Assembly: GCF_009914755.1 (NCBI RefSeq)
Contig: NC_060929.1
Direction: 5' to 3' (one strand)
Length of the DNA: 64,000 nucleotides
From: the human T2T-CHM13v2.0 reference genome, Homo sapiens
Below are positions 13,165 to 25,199 of the stretch, piece by piece. The translations under genes were made by a program, and so were the position numbers. The stretch's first letter is position 1; each line of letters starts with the position of its first letter. The notes below the pieces were generated by a model. The model was not told the origin of the DNA, made no database searches, and worked only from the letters and a program-made list of their open reading frames with translations.

Positions 13165-15987
13165 GGTGAGGGAGATGTGTTTTCTCCACCCTTCACTAGA
13201 TTCATGGCTGAGGCCCCATAACAAAAGACAGATTAACAAGAGAAAAGCATACAAATTTAGTACAGGTTTAACGTGACATCGGAGCCTTTAGCAATGAAAA
13301 TTGAAAAAAAAAAAGGTAAACTTGTATATTTTTATGCTAGGTTTGATAAAAAGGTTGTGGGGAAGTATGACTGGACAAAGAGGATAAGACCTAATGGTGA
13401 CAACTTGGGGGATCTTAGCAAATCCTGTCTGCCCAGATTCCTCTTGGCATCTCTGTGTCTTTGAGGGTAAGCATGTTAGTTTCCTTCAGGTATAGGGTAG
13501 TGATATGATTCAGCTCTGTGTCCCCACCCAAGTCTTATCTTGAATTGTACTCCCATAATTCCCATGTATTGTGAGAGGGACCCAGTAGGAGATAATTGAA
13601 TCATGGGGGTGGTTCCCCCATACTGTTCTCATGGTAGATAATAAGTCTCATGAGATCTGATGGTTTTACCAGGGGTTTCCGCTTTTGCATCTTCCTCATT
13701 CTCTTTGCCTGCTGCCATCCATGTAAGACAGGACTTGCTCCTGCTTGCCTTCTGCCATGATTGTGAGGCTTCCCCAGCCACATGGAACTGTAAGTCCAAT
13801 TAAATCTCTTTCTTTCATAAATTGCCCAGTTTTGGGTATGTTTTTATCAGCAGCATGAAAATGGACTAATACAGTAAATTAGTACCAGAAGTGGGGTGCT
13901 GTTGCTGAAAAGATACCCGAAAAGGTGGAAGTGACTTTAGAACTGGGTAACAGGCAGAGATTGGAACAGTTTGGAGGGCTCAGAAAAAGATAGGAAAATG
14001 TGGGAAAGTTTTGAACTTCCTAGAGGCTTGTTGAATGCCTTTGACAGAAATGCTCATAGTAATATGAACAATAAGGTCCAGGATGAGGTGGTCTCAAATG
14101 GAAATGAGGACCTTATTGGGAGCAAAGGAGACTCTTGTTATGTTTTAGCAAAGAGACTGGCAGCATTTTTGCCCCTGCCATAGAGATTTGTGGAACTTTG
14201 TACTTGAGAGAGATGATTTAGGGTATCTGGCAAAAGAAATTTCTAAGGAGCAAAACATTCAAGAGGTGACTTGGGTGCTGTTAACAGCATTCAGTTTTAA
14301 AAGGGAAACAGAGCATAAAGGTTTAAAAAAGTTGAAGCCTGATAACATGATGGAAAAGAAAATCCCATTTTCTGAGGAGAAATTTAAGCCAGCTGCAGAA
14401 ATTTGCATAGGTAATGAGGAACCAAATGTTAATCACCAAGGAAATGGGGAAAATGTCTCTAGGGCATGTCAGAGGTCTTCATGGCAGCCCCTCTCATCAC
14501 AGGCCTGACCGTGGTTTTGTGGGCCAGGCCCAGGATCCCTGAGATGTGTGCAGCCTAGGGGCTTGGTGCCCTGCATCTGAGCCACTCCAGCTGTGGCTGA
14601 AAGGGGCCAATGTAGAGCTCAGGCTGTGGCTTCAGATGGTGCAAGCCCCAAACCTTGGCAGCTTCCAGGTGGTGTTCAGCCTGCCAGTGAACAGAAGTCA
14701 AGAATTGAGGTTTGGGAACCTCTGCCTAGATTTCAGATGTATGGAAATGCCTGGATGCCCAGGCGTAAGTTTGCTCCAGGGGTGGGGCTCTCATGGAGAA
14801 CCTCAGCTAGGGCAGTGCAGAAGGGAAATGTGGGGCCAGAGCCCCCAAATGGAGTCCCTGCTGGGGCACCGCCTAGTGGAGCTGTGAGAAGAGGGACACC
14901 ATCCTCCAGACCCCAGAATGGTAATGGTAGATCCACCAACAGCTTGCACTGTGCACCTGGAAAAGCCACAGACACTAAACACCAGCCCATTAAAGCAGCT
15001 GGGAAGGAGGCTGTACCCTGTAAAGCCACAGGGGCGGAGCTGCCTAAGGCCATGGGAACCCACCTCTTCGATCAGCGTGACCTGGATGTGAGACATGGAG
15101 TCAAAGGAGATCATTTTGGAGCTTTAAGATTTGACTGCCATGCTGGATTTTGGACTTGCCTGGGCCCTGTAGCCCCTTTGTTTTGGTCAATTTCTCCCAC
15201 GTGGAATGGTATTTAGCTAATGCCTGTACCCCCATTGTATCTAGGAATAAACTATCTTGCTTTTGATTTTACAGGGTCATAGGCAGAAGGGACTTGACTT
15301 GTCTCAGATGAGACTTTGGACTGTGGACATTTGAGTTAATGCTAAAATGAGTTAAGACTTTGGGGGACTGTTGGGAAGGCACGATTGGTTTTGAACTATG
15401 AGGACATAAGATTTGGCAGGGGCTAGGGGTGGAATGATATGGTTTGGCCCTGTGTCCTCACCAAAATCTCATCTTGAATTGTACTCCCATAATTTCCACG
15501 TGTTGTGAGAAGGACCCAGTGGGAGATAATTGAATCATGGGGGCAGTTTCTTCTGTACTGTTTTCCTGGTAGTGAATAAGTCTCGAGATCTGATGATTTT
15601 ATCAGGGGTTTCCACTTTTGTGTCTTCCTCATTCTCTCTTTGCCTGCTGCCATCCATGTAAGACGTGACTTGCTCCTCTGCCTTCTGCCATGATTGTGAG
15701 GCTTCCTCAGCCACATGGAACTTTAAGTCCAATTAAATCTCTTTCTTTCATAAATTGGCCAGTCTTGGGTATGCCTTTATTAGCAGTGTGAAAATGAACT
15801 AATATAGGTAGGCACATCTCACATGAGGTTTTTATGGCCTACTTGAGAGGAAGGTCAGAAACCTGTTTTATGACCTGCTTTAGGGGAAGAGGGAAGGGAA
15901 AGGTCATAGAGTGACTTTCCTGGGTTTTGCTATTTTTTCAAATGCCAAAGTGCCATATTTTGTGCTTGTGTGTCCTGAAACCCATCA
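13165..15987 (-). mobile_element. MER39-like LTR split by THE1A (pieces 13165-13500 and 15812-15987)
   Basis: Reverse complement starts tgatgggtttcaggacac...aaaatatggcactttggcatttg; the two halves join across the THE1A TSD. Confidence 0.7.
13501..15806 (+). mobile_element. Full-length THE1A MaLR (LTR 13501-13873, internal 13874-15434, LTR 15435-15806)
   Basis: Two homologous ~370-bp LTRs, THE1 internal sequence with fragmented ORFs (13971-15216), perfect 5-bp TSD GGTAG. Confidence 0.95.
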
Positions 15988-16179
15988 TGACCTTAAAGAA
16001 ACAGTCAACCTGCTTCATCAAGAGATAAGGCAGGGTATGTTCATCAAATATAAGGTGAGGTATATTCTCAAACTACTTCTTACTAAAAGGAAAATGACTT
16101 TATAGTCAAGCCTAGACAACAGTTTTTATTATAGGGCATTCTCTTTATTGTTTTATTGGTTTAGAAAAGACAATTTGTG

Positions 16180-16836
16180 AGGGTAGGTAAGTTTATGCTG
16201 TGATAACAAATTAATCTCAAAGTTGCTGTGCCTTAATATAACTTTTTCTTACTCATATTACGTGTCCCTCATGGGTTGGCAGACTGCAGTTCCATACAGG
16301 AATTCAAGACAATAGAGGCTCCACCATCTTGTAGTTGCAGCAAGTGGAATATGTGCCAATGATACTAGAAACTTGCATGTGGACTTTTCCCTACCTTAGC
16401 TAGGAAGAGACACAATCATTGACTCCCAAGTTTTATTGATTTGAACTCCTCACTGAACCTCATCTAATTGCAAGGGGACTGGGCATGGTGGCTCACACCT
16501 GTAATCCCTACAGTTTGGGAGGCCAAGATGAGCAGATGGCTTGAGCCCAGGAGTTTGAGACCAGCCTTGGCAACATGGTGAAACCCTGTCTCTACAAAAA
16601 GACACAAATTAGCCAGGCATGGTGGTGCGTGCCTATAGTCCCAACTACTTGGGAGGTTGAGGCAGGAGGATCACCTGAGACCAGGGAGGTCGAGGTCACA
16701 GTGAGCTGTGATCATGCCACTGCACTCCAGCCTGGGCAACAGAGTGAGACCTTGTCTCGAAGAAAAAAAAAATGCAAGGGGGCTGGGAAGTGTAGGAAAA
16801 GAAATGTATTTGTTGAGCATTATACTCTCTGCCACA
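16180..16836 (-). mobile_element. Old MLT1 (J/K-like) LTR interrupted by an Alu
   Basis: tatgctgtgataacaaa ... tgcaagggggctgggaagtgtagg ... ctctgccaca. Confidence 0.55.
16477..16772 (+). mobile_element. AluJ
   Basis: Dimer with A tail; TSD tgcaaggg. Confidence 0.9.
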
Positions 16837-19052
16837 ACACATTATCCCAATATCACCTTAGTTAATGTTAATTTGTAACATGTAATACTGATCAGTGGGC
16901 AGAATTGTTTTTAAAAAGGGGAAATAATATATTTTACACAATTTAGTGAGAGATTTTTGTAAACGAAAGTTTTAAAGATCACTTAAAAAGCGATATAATG
17001 AGTGGTTACATTTATTTTCAACCATACACTGAGGATAAATTTTAAAATCACTTTCTTAATATTATACAGGTACATAAGACCTGAGATAAAGTATCCATTG
17101 TCAGCATCATACATAGATAGATTCAGAAAGATATCTCTCTTCCAACAACTAATGCAGAAGTGAAAGTGTTGTACTCTAGAAAATATGAGCCTAGAAAAAA
17201 AGCAGCACTTCTAAATTAACTTCATTCTATATATTTTTAAGTTTATAAAGCAAACTAATTATAAGTACATAGTTGTAATTATAAGTACATAGTTGACTAC
17301 TTTACCAATAATTCTAAAGTTCATAAATGGAAGTTATCCTTAAGAAACTTGTTAAACTCTTCTCATAAGATAAAAGGTAAATATTGTCTTGAATTTGTGC
17401 TTGCATGGTTTATAAAATGAATGTAAGAGACTATAAAAGAGACTTGGAACAAATTGATTTCAGGTAACAGCAAAACGTATTTAAGCATTCTAGAATCTGC
17501 TTAAGTTCACCTGAAAAAAGTAAGGTTATGAGATGAGCTTATATTCTGAACCACACAATCCCGTATTGGCTGTACACTGTCTTGAGTTTTTGCTCCTGCT
17601 GCTCTTTAGATTGCCAAGTCCTGCCCCCATAAAATGATCATAAACACATAGGCAGGAGTCAGGCTTCATCTAGTTCAATTGTCTTTTAACCCCCAGGAGC
17701 CCTAGCCCTAGCACTGTCCTGAGTGTCGAGCAAGCCCTATTCTATTAACATTTCTGAGGTATTTGCAGTGGTTGCTACTGACAATTTGACAAAAGCCTGG
17801 GCAGCCTCAGCCATTTTGGATAATGAATAAATTCCTAAATAGGTAGTCAAATTGATTGCCCATTAATTTAAAAATGCCAAAGTGGCACATATTTTTATTA
17901 TCCTTCTCTTCTCCCGTCTCATCTCACATTTATCTTCACATATATCATGCATTTTAAATATTTTTAAATATTTGTCCTCCTGAGTAACTTTTCTTAAAAG
18001 TCAGAAAGAAGGGAATATTTTCAATGATGACTTAGCAAGTTTTGTTTTTAAATTGTGAGGTACAGAAAAAGATCCAAGTATGTTTTAAAATAAAAATAAA
18101 ACTATGTGATTTCTCTGACTAAGCAAGATAAATCACATTTCATGCAAATCATCCTGTTCATGTGAACAAAAAGCCCCTTTTTATTTATCAATTTTTAAAA
18201 TTTACCAACAAATCTATGCTTGTTTCATTTGAATAATTTGAAAAAAGCTTATTTAGAAGCATGTAAGTGTCACTGGTAGAGGGTCAGGACTGCAAGTTGT
18301 CCAGGTTCTTGGCATTTTGAACAAAGAATTGGACAAAACGCTCAGCAAAGCAAAGAAAGAATGAAGCAACGAAAGAACTAAAGCAGGGATTTATTGAAAA
18401 CAAAAGTACACTCCACAGTGTGGGAGCAGGCCCAAGCAGTGGCTCAAGGGCCTTTTGGAAACCCCCAAAAGTTTCCCATTGACCACTTCATGCTCACCTC
18501 ATGTAAATGAAGTGGTAGCCTGCAATCAGTCTGATTGGTTGCAGAAAGCAGACAACCAGAGGCTGAAGTGAAGTTACAAAGGTCACACTCTTGTGCAAAC
18601 ATCTGATTGGTTGCAAAAACCAACCAAGCAGAGGCTAGGGTGAAGTTACAGGGTTATACTTCTATGCAAATGAAGACTCGGCCCACAATCAGTCTGATTG
18701 GTTGCAGACAGCCAGTTTCCCATCTGCAGTGCAGAAAAGGTCAAAGGGAGTAGCCTCTGGTCCTTTTGTTACTTAAGCCTGGAAAGTTAGTATTTTCCTT
18801 TCAGTTCAGTTCTAGGAAGTCAGCGTGAAATACCTTAGGTTCCCTGCCTCCAGACCCTATTATCCTGCCTCATCATTCCCTTGAGAGACATGATCCCCAT
18901 AAATCTTTACGGGATACAGAGGGACTGAAGGTCTTTCTTCTTTAACTGCTTCATGCTGACTTGGGGCATAGTCCCTACCTGTTGGAGATCCCGGAACTCT
19001 CAGCCCACTCTGTCTAGTGGAGACAGGGTGCTTCTTGATGGCGGGGGGTGGT

Positions 19053-19148
19053 GCCTTCACCTGGAGCTGGCTGGAAACCTTGTTGCTTGATTATCTGAAG
19101 CTTGATGGTCTCTAGGCAAAAGGAAATGAATTCGGTTAAAAGATTTAA
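19053..19148 (-). pseudogene. env: env cytoplasmic-tail remnant
   Basis: Translates LNLLTEFISFCLETIKLQIIKQQGFQP, like gamma-type env tails (NLLVxFVSSRIEAxKLQM). Confidence 0.7.
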
Positions 19149-19344
19149 TGGGAATTTTGGGAGTGGATGCCTATGCTGTCAGGAATGTTTGTTATAGAAA
19201 TAAAAAATTCTGCTTAATTACTATAAAGGAAATGATTCCATCCATTTGGAAGAAGGCAATTAAACTGCAAAAATAAAAAATGGCTACTATTATCCAGCCT
19301 ACAGTAACTATGCAACAAAGACACCAAAGAAAGTTGGTAGGCAT

Positions 19345-22300
19345 TTACTTATCTTTTGGCTGTCTTCTAAACAGGTACTTCAGGTCTTCCACAGGTTCAC
19401 AGGTGTAGTGGCTGATGGGAACTTCAGGTTCCTGATCTGGGGCTTCTGGTATCCCTGGCTTGATCCTTGACAGATGTATCCAACTATCTAATCCTACTAC
19501 TTTGACCATGGAAGATATGGCCAGTGTTACTGAAAATGGTCCCTTCCATTTGGGTTGTAATTGTTGAGCAGGTGATCCCTCCTTCCACCTTTTAACAAGT
19601 AACTTATCTCCTGGCCTGATTTTGGGTTGCTGGTTAGTTCCCAGTGTGGGGATCCTTTGAATTCCAAACTTTTGTAAAGCCTGTTGAAATTGTCCTAGGT
19701 TGACTAGGTATTTTACTAAACCTGCTGTTCCTGGGTCAGTAATTAAATCAGTAGTTAAGAATGGCCTTCCATATAACATTTTGAAAGTGCTTATATTAAT
19801 TTTTGCTCTAGGGGTATTACGGATCCTTAAGAGGGCTATGGGCAGTAAGCTGACCCAAGTTTCTGATGTTTCCTGACATAGTTTAGCTAATGCTAATTTT
19901 AGAGCTTGTTAGCCGTTTCTACTATCTCGGAGGATTGAGGCCTCCATGCTGAATTCAAATAGTATTTTATTCCAAGAGCCTTAGCAACCTGTTGAGTTAT
20001 CTGGGAGATAAAGGATGGGCCATTATCACTTTGGAGACTCTGAGGTAACCCAAACCGGGGGATTGTTTCTTTTTTTTTTTTTTTTAATTATTATTATACT
20101 TTAAGTTTTAGGATGCATGTGCACAACGTGCAGGTTTGTTACATATGTATACATGTGCCATGTTGGTGTGCTGCACCCATTAACTTGTCATTTAGCATTA
20201 GGTATATCTCCTAAAGCTATCCCACCCCCCTCCCCCCACCCCACCACAGTCCCTGGTGTGTGATGTTCCCCTTCCTGTGTCCATGTGTTATCATTGTTCA
20301 ATTCCCACCTATGAGTGAGAACAAGGGATTATTTATTTTAAGAGAAACTTTATAACCTCATTAGACTTCTCCATTCTGGGAGGATAAGCTTTGACCCAAC
20401 CAGTAAAGGTATCTATTAGCACTAACAAAAACTTATGTCCTCTGTAAGCTGGCATATGTGTAAAGTCTAATTGCCAGTCTTCCCCTAGATAAGTTCCTCT
20501 CCTCTGCACTGGTTGTATTAGAGGAGGTATTTTGTTTCCTGGGTTAAGTGCACATAGTGAGCAGGCTTGGCAGACCTGCTTAGCCACTGAAGCTAGGTTA
20601 GACCTGATAAGGAGCTTATTTACATGGCCAGAGTTGCATCCCTCCCCACATGGAAAGAGACATGCAGGGCTTTTCTAACTTTCCACTGGACTGTCTGAGG
20701 GAGATGTATTTTCGACTCCATATACCACCAGGATCCTTGGTTTTATCCCCTTGGTTCCTTTATTAGCTGTTCTTCCTGTACTCAGGTTCTATTGGGGAAC
20801 CATAGAAAGGGAGCACTGCTAGGATCTGTTGGGATTGCACTCTGAAGGCTGCAGCTTTGTCTTCTCTGTTGGCCTTGCTGTTCCCTTGTGCTATAGGGGT
20901 TAAGTTGCTTTGATGCCCCCTACAGTGAATTATAGCCACAGGCTTTGGCAGGTGTATTGCTTCTAATAGCTGAAGAATTTCAAGCCCATGCTTTATAAGG
21001 GAGTGTTTGCTAGTTAGTAGTTCCCTTTCCAGATTGTAGCATAAGCCTGAACCACAAGGAATGCATATTTAGAATCTGTATAGATGTTAAGCTTTTTTCT
21101 TTGTCCCAACATTAATGCTCAAGCGAGAGCAATAATTTCAGCCTTTGTGCTGATGTGCCAGGGGGCAGTGGCTGGGCTTTGATAATTGTGTTATGATTTA
21201 ATACTGCATGTCCAGCTTCATGCTCCCCATTTGACACAAAACTATTTCCATCTGTGAACCAGTCATCCTCAGAATCTGGAAGAGGCTGGTCTTTTAAATC
21301 AGGCTGGCTAACATATGTGTGTGCAATGACCTGCTCACAGGAATGATCAGTTACTGGGGCTGTGGGCAGCAATGAAGCTGGATTCAGAGTGTTACAGGTT
21401 TTAAGGGTTACGTCTGGATTGTCTAGGAGCATGGTCTGGTATTCGGTTAACCTTTTCCCCAGTATCGAGATGGGTCCCTTTATCTCTAAGACTGACTTTA
21501 CCTGATGGGGGATTAGAACTTCCAGTGGTTGGCCCAGGGTGATTTTAGTGGCTTCCTCCATTAACATAGCAGTGGCTGCTATTGCCCACAGGCAACTTGG
21601 CCACCCCGAGGCCACTCTATCCAACTTATTTAAAAGTAGGCAGTTGTTCTGGGTTCTGAACCTAATTTCTGGTCTAACACTGCCACGGCTATGCCCCTTT
21701 TCTCTGCTATATACAAGGAGAAGGGCTTAGTTAGGTCTGGGATGCCATAAGTGGAAGCTGGGTAAGAGCCTGTTTTAAGTTAGCAAAGGCTTCTCTCATT
21801 TTTGAGGTCCATTCCATTAGGTCATTTTCAGGCCCCCTTGTTGCTTCACACAGGGGCTTTGCTATGATCCCAAAATGTGGTGCCCATATTCTTGAAAACC
21901 TGGCCATTCCCCAGAAAAGAAGGAAGCTACTGCTGGGTGTGGGGGTGCCCCCAGACCACTATGGCTTGTACTTGTTCTGGGGATATTTGCCGGGCTCTGG
22001 GTGTTAAGACATACCCTAAATATTGGACCCATTTGAGGATAATCTGCACCTTGTTTTTGGACACTTTGTATCCCCTGTCTACCACAAAATTCAAAGTTTT
22101 TATAGTATTTTGGTCAGAAACATACTGGGTTGGGCTACACACAAGAAGGTCATCCACATACTGAAGTATACTCCCATTCCCCGTTTACAGGTCCCTCAGA
22201 TCCCTCTCTAAGGTCTAGGCAAAGAAATAGGGCCTATCCCGAAAACCTTGAAGGAGCACTGTCCAAGTGTATTGTTGTTTTTTTCCTGGTGTTAGGATTT

Positions 22301-22790
22301 TCCTGTTCAAAGGCAAAAATGTATTGGGACTCTGGGGCCAGAGAAATGGAGAAAAAAGCATCTTTCAGGCCTTGAACTGAGAACCATTTTGCATCCTGTG
22401 GTACTTGAGCCAGGAGGGTATATGGATCTGCCACTAATAGGTGGATAGGGATGACAGCCTCATTTATTACTCCGAGGCCCTGAACTAACCGGTATTCCCC
22501 TGAAGGCTTTAGAACAGATAAGATGGGGATATTGCAGGGAGAATTACAGATTTAGAACAGATAAGATGAGGATATTGCAGGGGATTTTAAGAGCCCATGG
22601 GTAAGTATTACCTCAACTATGGGTGCTAGGCCTTTTCTAGCTTCCTGCCTAATAGGGTATTGTTTTCTATTGGGAAAATAGCTGGGGTTTTTAAGCTGTA
22701 TTTTGACTGGCACTGCTGTTCTATCCTTCCCCAATTTTCCAGTATACCATGCCCAGCGGGTTAACCTGTTTATTAATGTGGTCTGGGACA
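19345..22790 (-). pseudogene. pol: Decayed retroviral pol (RT, RNase H, integrase)
   Basis: RT motifs KQYPI, LKDAFF, QYVDDLL; RNase H DWFTDGNSFV; integrase CQAC, WQLDFTHM, IDTFTGW, PKWKGPF; frameshifts and stops; L1 insertion. Confidence 0.93.
20071..20323 (-). mobile_element. 5'-truncated young L1PA (L1PA2/3-like) 3' end inside integrase
   Basis: ttattatactttaagttttagg ... cacctatgagtgagaaca; TSD-like gggattgtttct/gggattatttat. Confidence 0.92.
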
Positions 22791-23826
22791 TTTCCAAGTA
22801 GGGAATCAGGTGGAATAGGTGAAGGGTTGTCTACAGTGGAATCAGGTGGAATAGATTGAGAATTGCCCACAGTGGTCTAGTAAAGAGACTTTGAACAGTG
22901 GAGGGCTCACTAGGTGACCCAAATTTTACCCAGAGAATTCCCCTGGAAAAATTCTGGGCCCAGACTAGGGTCCCTGGGGGCATCCCCCTTTAGGGCTGCA
23001 ACTTAGTCTGTTGGATGTCGCCAACCTTAGATGGGTGCCAGCACCTCTTTGGAATGGTTTTCTCCACCACTGAGGACTTACTGTGAACTTTTCTTAAGGT
23101 TTTTCCATCCCACTTAAAGCAACTCTTTGACTCTCTCAACTTAGGCAATAATAATCCCCACCCCCCATGCACCACACAGACCACCTACGACATGCCCAGG
23201 CCATCTGACTTGTATAACCTTTTTGCATAGCGAGGTGGGTTTTCTTTCCTTAGCTAGTAGAGTGGGGGAAGGGAAGAATTTAGCATAAGAAAAGAAGGGG
23301 TTTAAGTCACCTGAAACGTGTGTGAATTCGCCCTGGATGAGCTGCCACATCCAACTGTGTCACACGTAGAGTTCTGGGAGTATAACCAGAAAGGATAGAA
23401 AAGAGTCTTTTCCCCTTCCAGGCAGGGCATCTATCCCTGTTTGCTTCTTGGTCTTCAGAGAATGCCAAAGAGCGGTCCTGGTCAGTTTCCCTCAATTACC
23501 AGGAGCTACTAGGAAACTGCTGCTGAAAGACTGAAAACGGAGAAAAGGAAAAAAAAATCTCAGAAAAAGGGAAAAAGAAATAGGACTCAGAAAAATGAAA
23601 ATAAGAAAAAGGACTCAGATCCCTCACCTGAACTGGGCGGTGGCGGTCAGGTGCTTCCATGTGGAAACCTTTCAGTTTCACTAGATAGTGACCCTGGGCA
23701 GACACTTGCATGAAGTCTCCATGCTTAGGTGCTGTCCACCAAGGGCACTGAGTTGGAAAGGAAGAGAGAGAGAGAAAGATTTACAAGGGGAAAGGAGAAA
23801 AATCCCAAACTTTGGGCCTACTTTTC

Positions 23827-23844
23827 CTCCTGGCTGGCTTGCCA
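23827..23844 (-). promoter_or_regulatory. Primer-binding site for tRNA-Arg
   Basis: TGGCAAGCCAGCCAGGAG, 17/18 match to TGGCGAGCCAGCCAGGAG, 5 nt downstream of the 5' LTR. Confidence 0.88.
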
Positions 23845-24596
23845 AGGTATGTCACTGATAGAGGGTTGTGACTGCAAGTTGTCCAGGTTCTTGGCATTTT
23901 GAACAAAGAACTGGGCAAAACGCCCAGCAAAGCAAAGAAAGAATGAAGCAACAAAAGAACCAAAGCAGGGATTTATTGAAAACGAAAGTACACTCCACAG
24001 TGTGGGAGCTGGCCGGAGAGGTGGCTCAAGGGTCCAGTTACAGAATCTTCTTGGGTCCAAATACCCCCTAGAAGTTTCCCATTGGCCACTTCATGCTCAC
24101 CTCATGTAAATGAAGTGGTAGCCCGCAATCAGTCTGATTGTTTGCAGAAAGCAGCCAACTGGAGGCTGAAGTGAAGTTACAAATGTCACACTCTTGTGCA
24201 AACATCTGATTGGTTGCAAAAAGCAACCAATCAGAGGCTAGGGTGAAGTTACAACATTATACTTCTATGCAAATGAAGACTCAGCCTGCAATCAGTCTGA
24301 TTGGTTGTGGACAGCAACCATTCAGAGGCTGGAGTGAAGTTACAAAGTTGCAAACGAATACTCAACCTGCAATCAGTCTGATTTGTTGCCAACAGTCAAT
24401 TTCCCATCTGCAGTGCAGAAAAGGGGAGGAGTTTGCAAAGGGAGTAACCTCTGTTCCTTTTGTTACTTAGGCGTGGAAAGTTAGGGTTTCCTTTCAATTT
24501 AGTTCTAGGAAGTCAGTGTGAAACAGCCTTGGGTTCCCTGCCTCTAGATCCTATCCTCCTGCCTCATAAGGATGACCTCAAAAGAAAGAGACAGAG

Positions 24597-24874
24597 GGCT
24601 GGGTGCAGTGGCTCATATCTGTAATCCCAGCACTTTGGGAGGCCAAGGAGGGAGGATTGCTTGAGCGCAGGCGTTTGAGACTGGCCTGGGCAGCATAGTG
24701 AGACCTCGTCTCTACTAAAAAATCAAAAAAATTAGTTGGACATGGTGCTGCATGCCTGTGGTGGGAAGATAGCTTGAACTTGGAAGATCGAGGTTATAGT
24801 GAGGTATAATCACACCACTGCACTCCAGCCTGGGGGACAGAGTGAGACCCTATCTCAGGAAATAAAAAAAAAAA
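24597..24874 (+). mobile_element. AluJ with a short internal deletion
   Basis: Alu dimer lacking part of the right arm. Confidence 0.88.
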
Positions 24875-25199
24875 GCAAAAGAGAATACTGTTTAATTAAC
24901 AAATACCACAGGTGCTTAACGCTGATATAAACTCTATATAGTAATCTATAGATTTACCCCCATGTTTACTTAATGAAGGTAAGATAATTTTGAGACAATT
25001 TTGGATATTAGAAAATGCATTCAGAAATAGGAAATACAACACCACACAGTCCTTTCTGCCTACATACGTGTTCACAACTCCAATAACAGTCTTAAAAACG
25101 AAAGGAAATTAGTCCTTCCAGAGAATCCATTGGTTCCATGTGCCAGGGATGAGGGATCATACAAAAATAGAAAGAATCTGCTGCTGAAATGGGCCACAC

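Larger units (their letters stand above)
18268..24566 (-). mobile_element. ERV1 provirus with MER51-type LTRs (HERV4-like); 5' LTR 23850-24566, 3' LTR 18268-18872
   Basis: Paired LTRs TGAGGCAGG...GTGACA, perfect 4-bp TSD TAAG, Arg primer-binding site, pol remnants. Confidence 0.93.

Noticed and set aside
13971-15216. ORFs up to 207 aa as a cellular gene
   Set aside because: Fragments of the known THE1 internal ORF, broken by frameshifts
19345-22797. Functional reverse transcriptase or integrase
   Set aside because: Multiple frameshifts, stops, an internal duplication and an L1 insertion
24100-24400. Repeat-spacer pattern resembling a CRISPR array
   Set aside because: Tandem enhancer modules of a MER51-type LTR in eukaryotic DNA; spacers are homologous to each other and there are no cas genes
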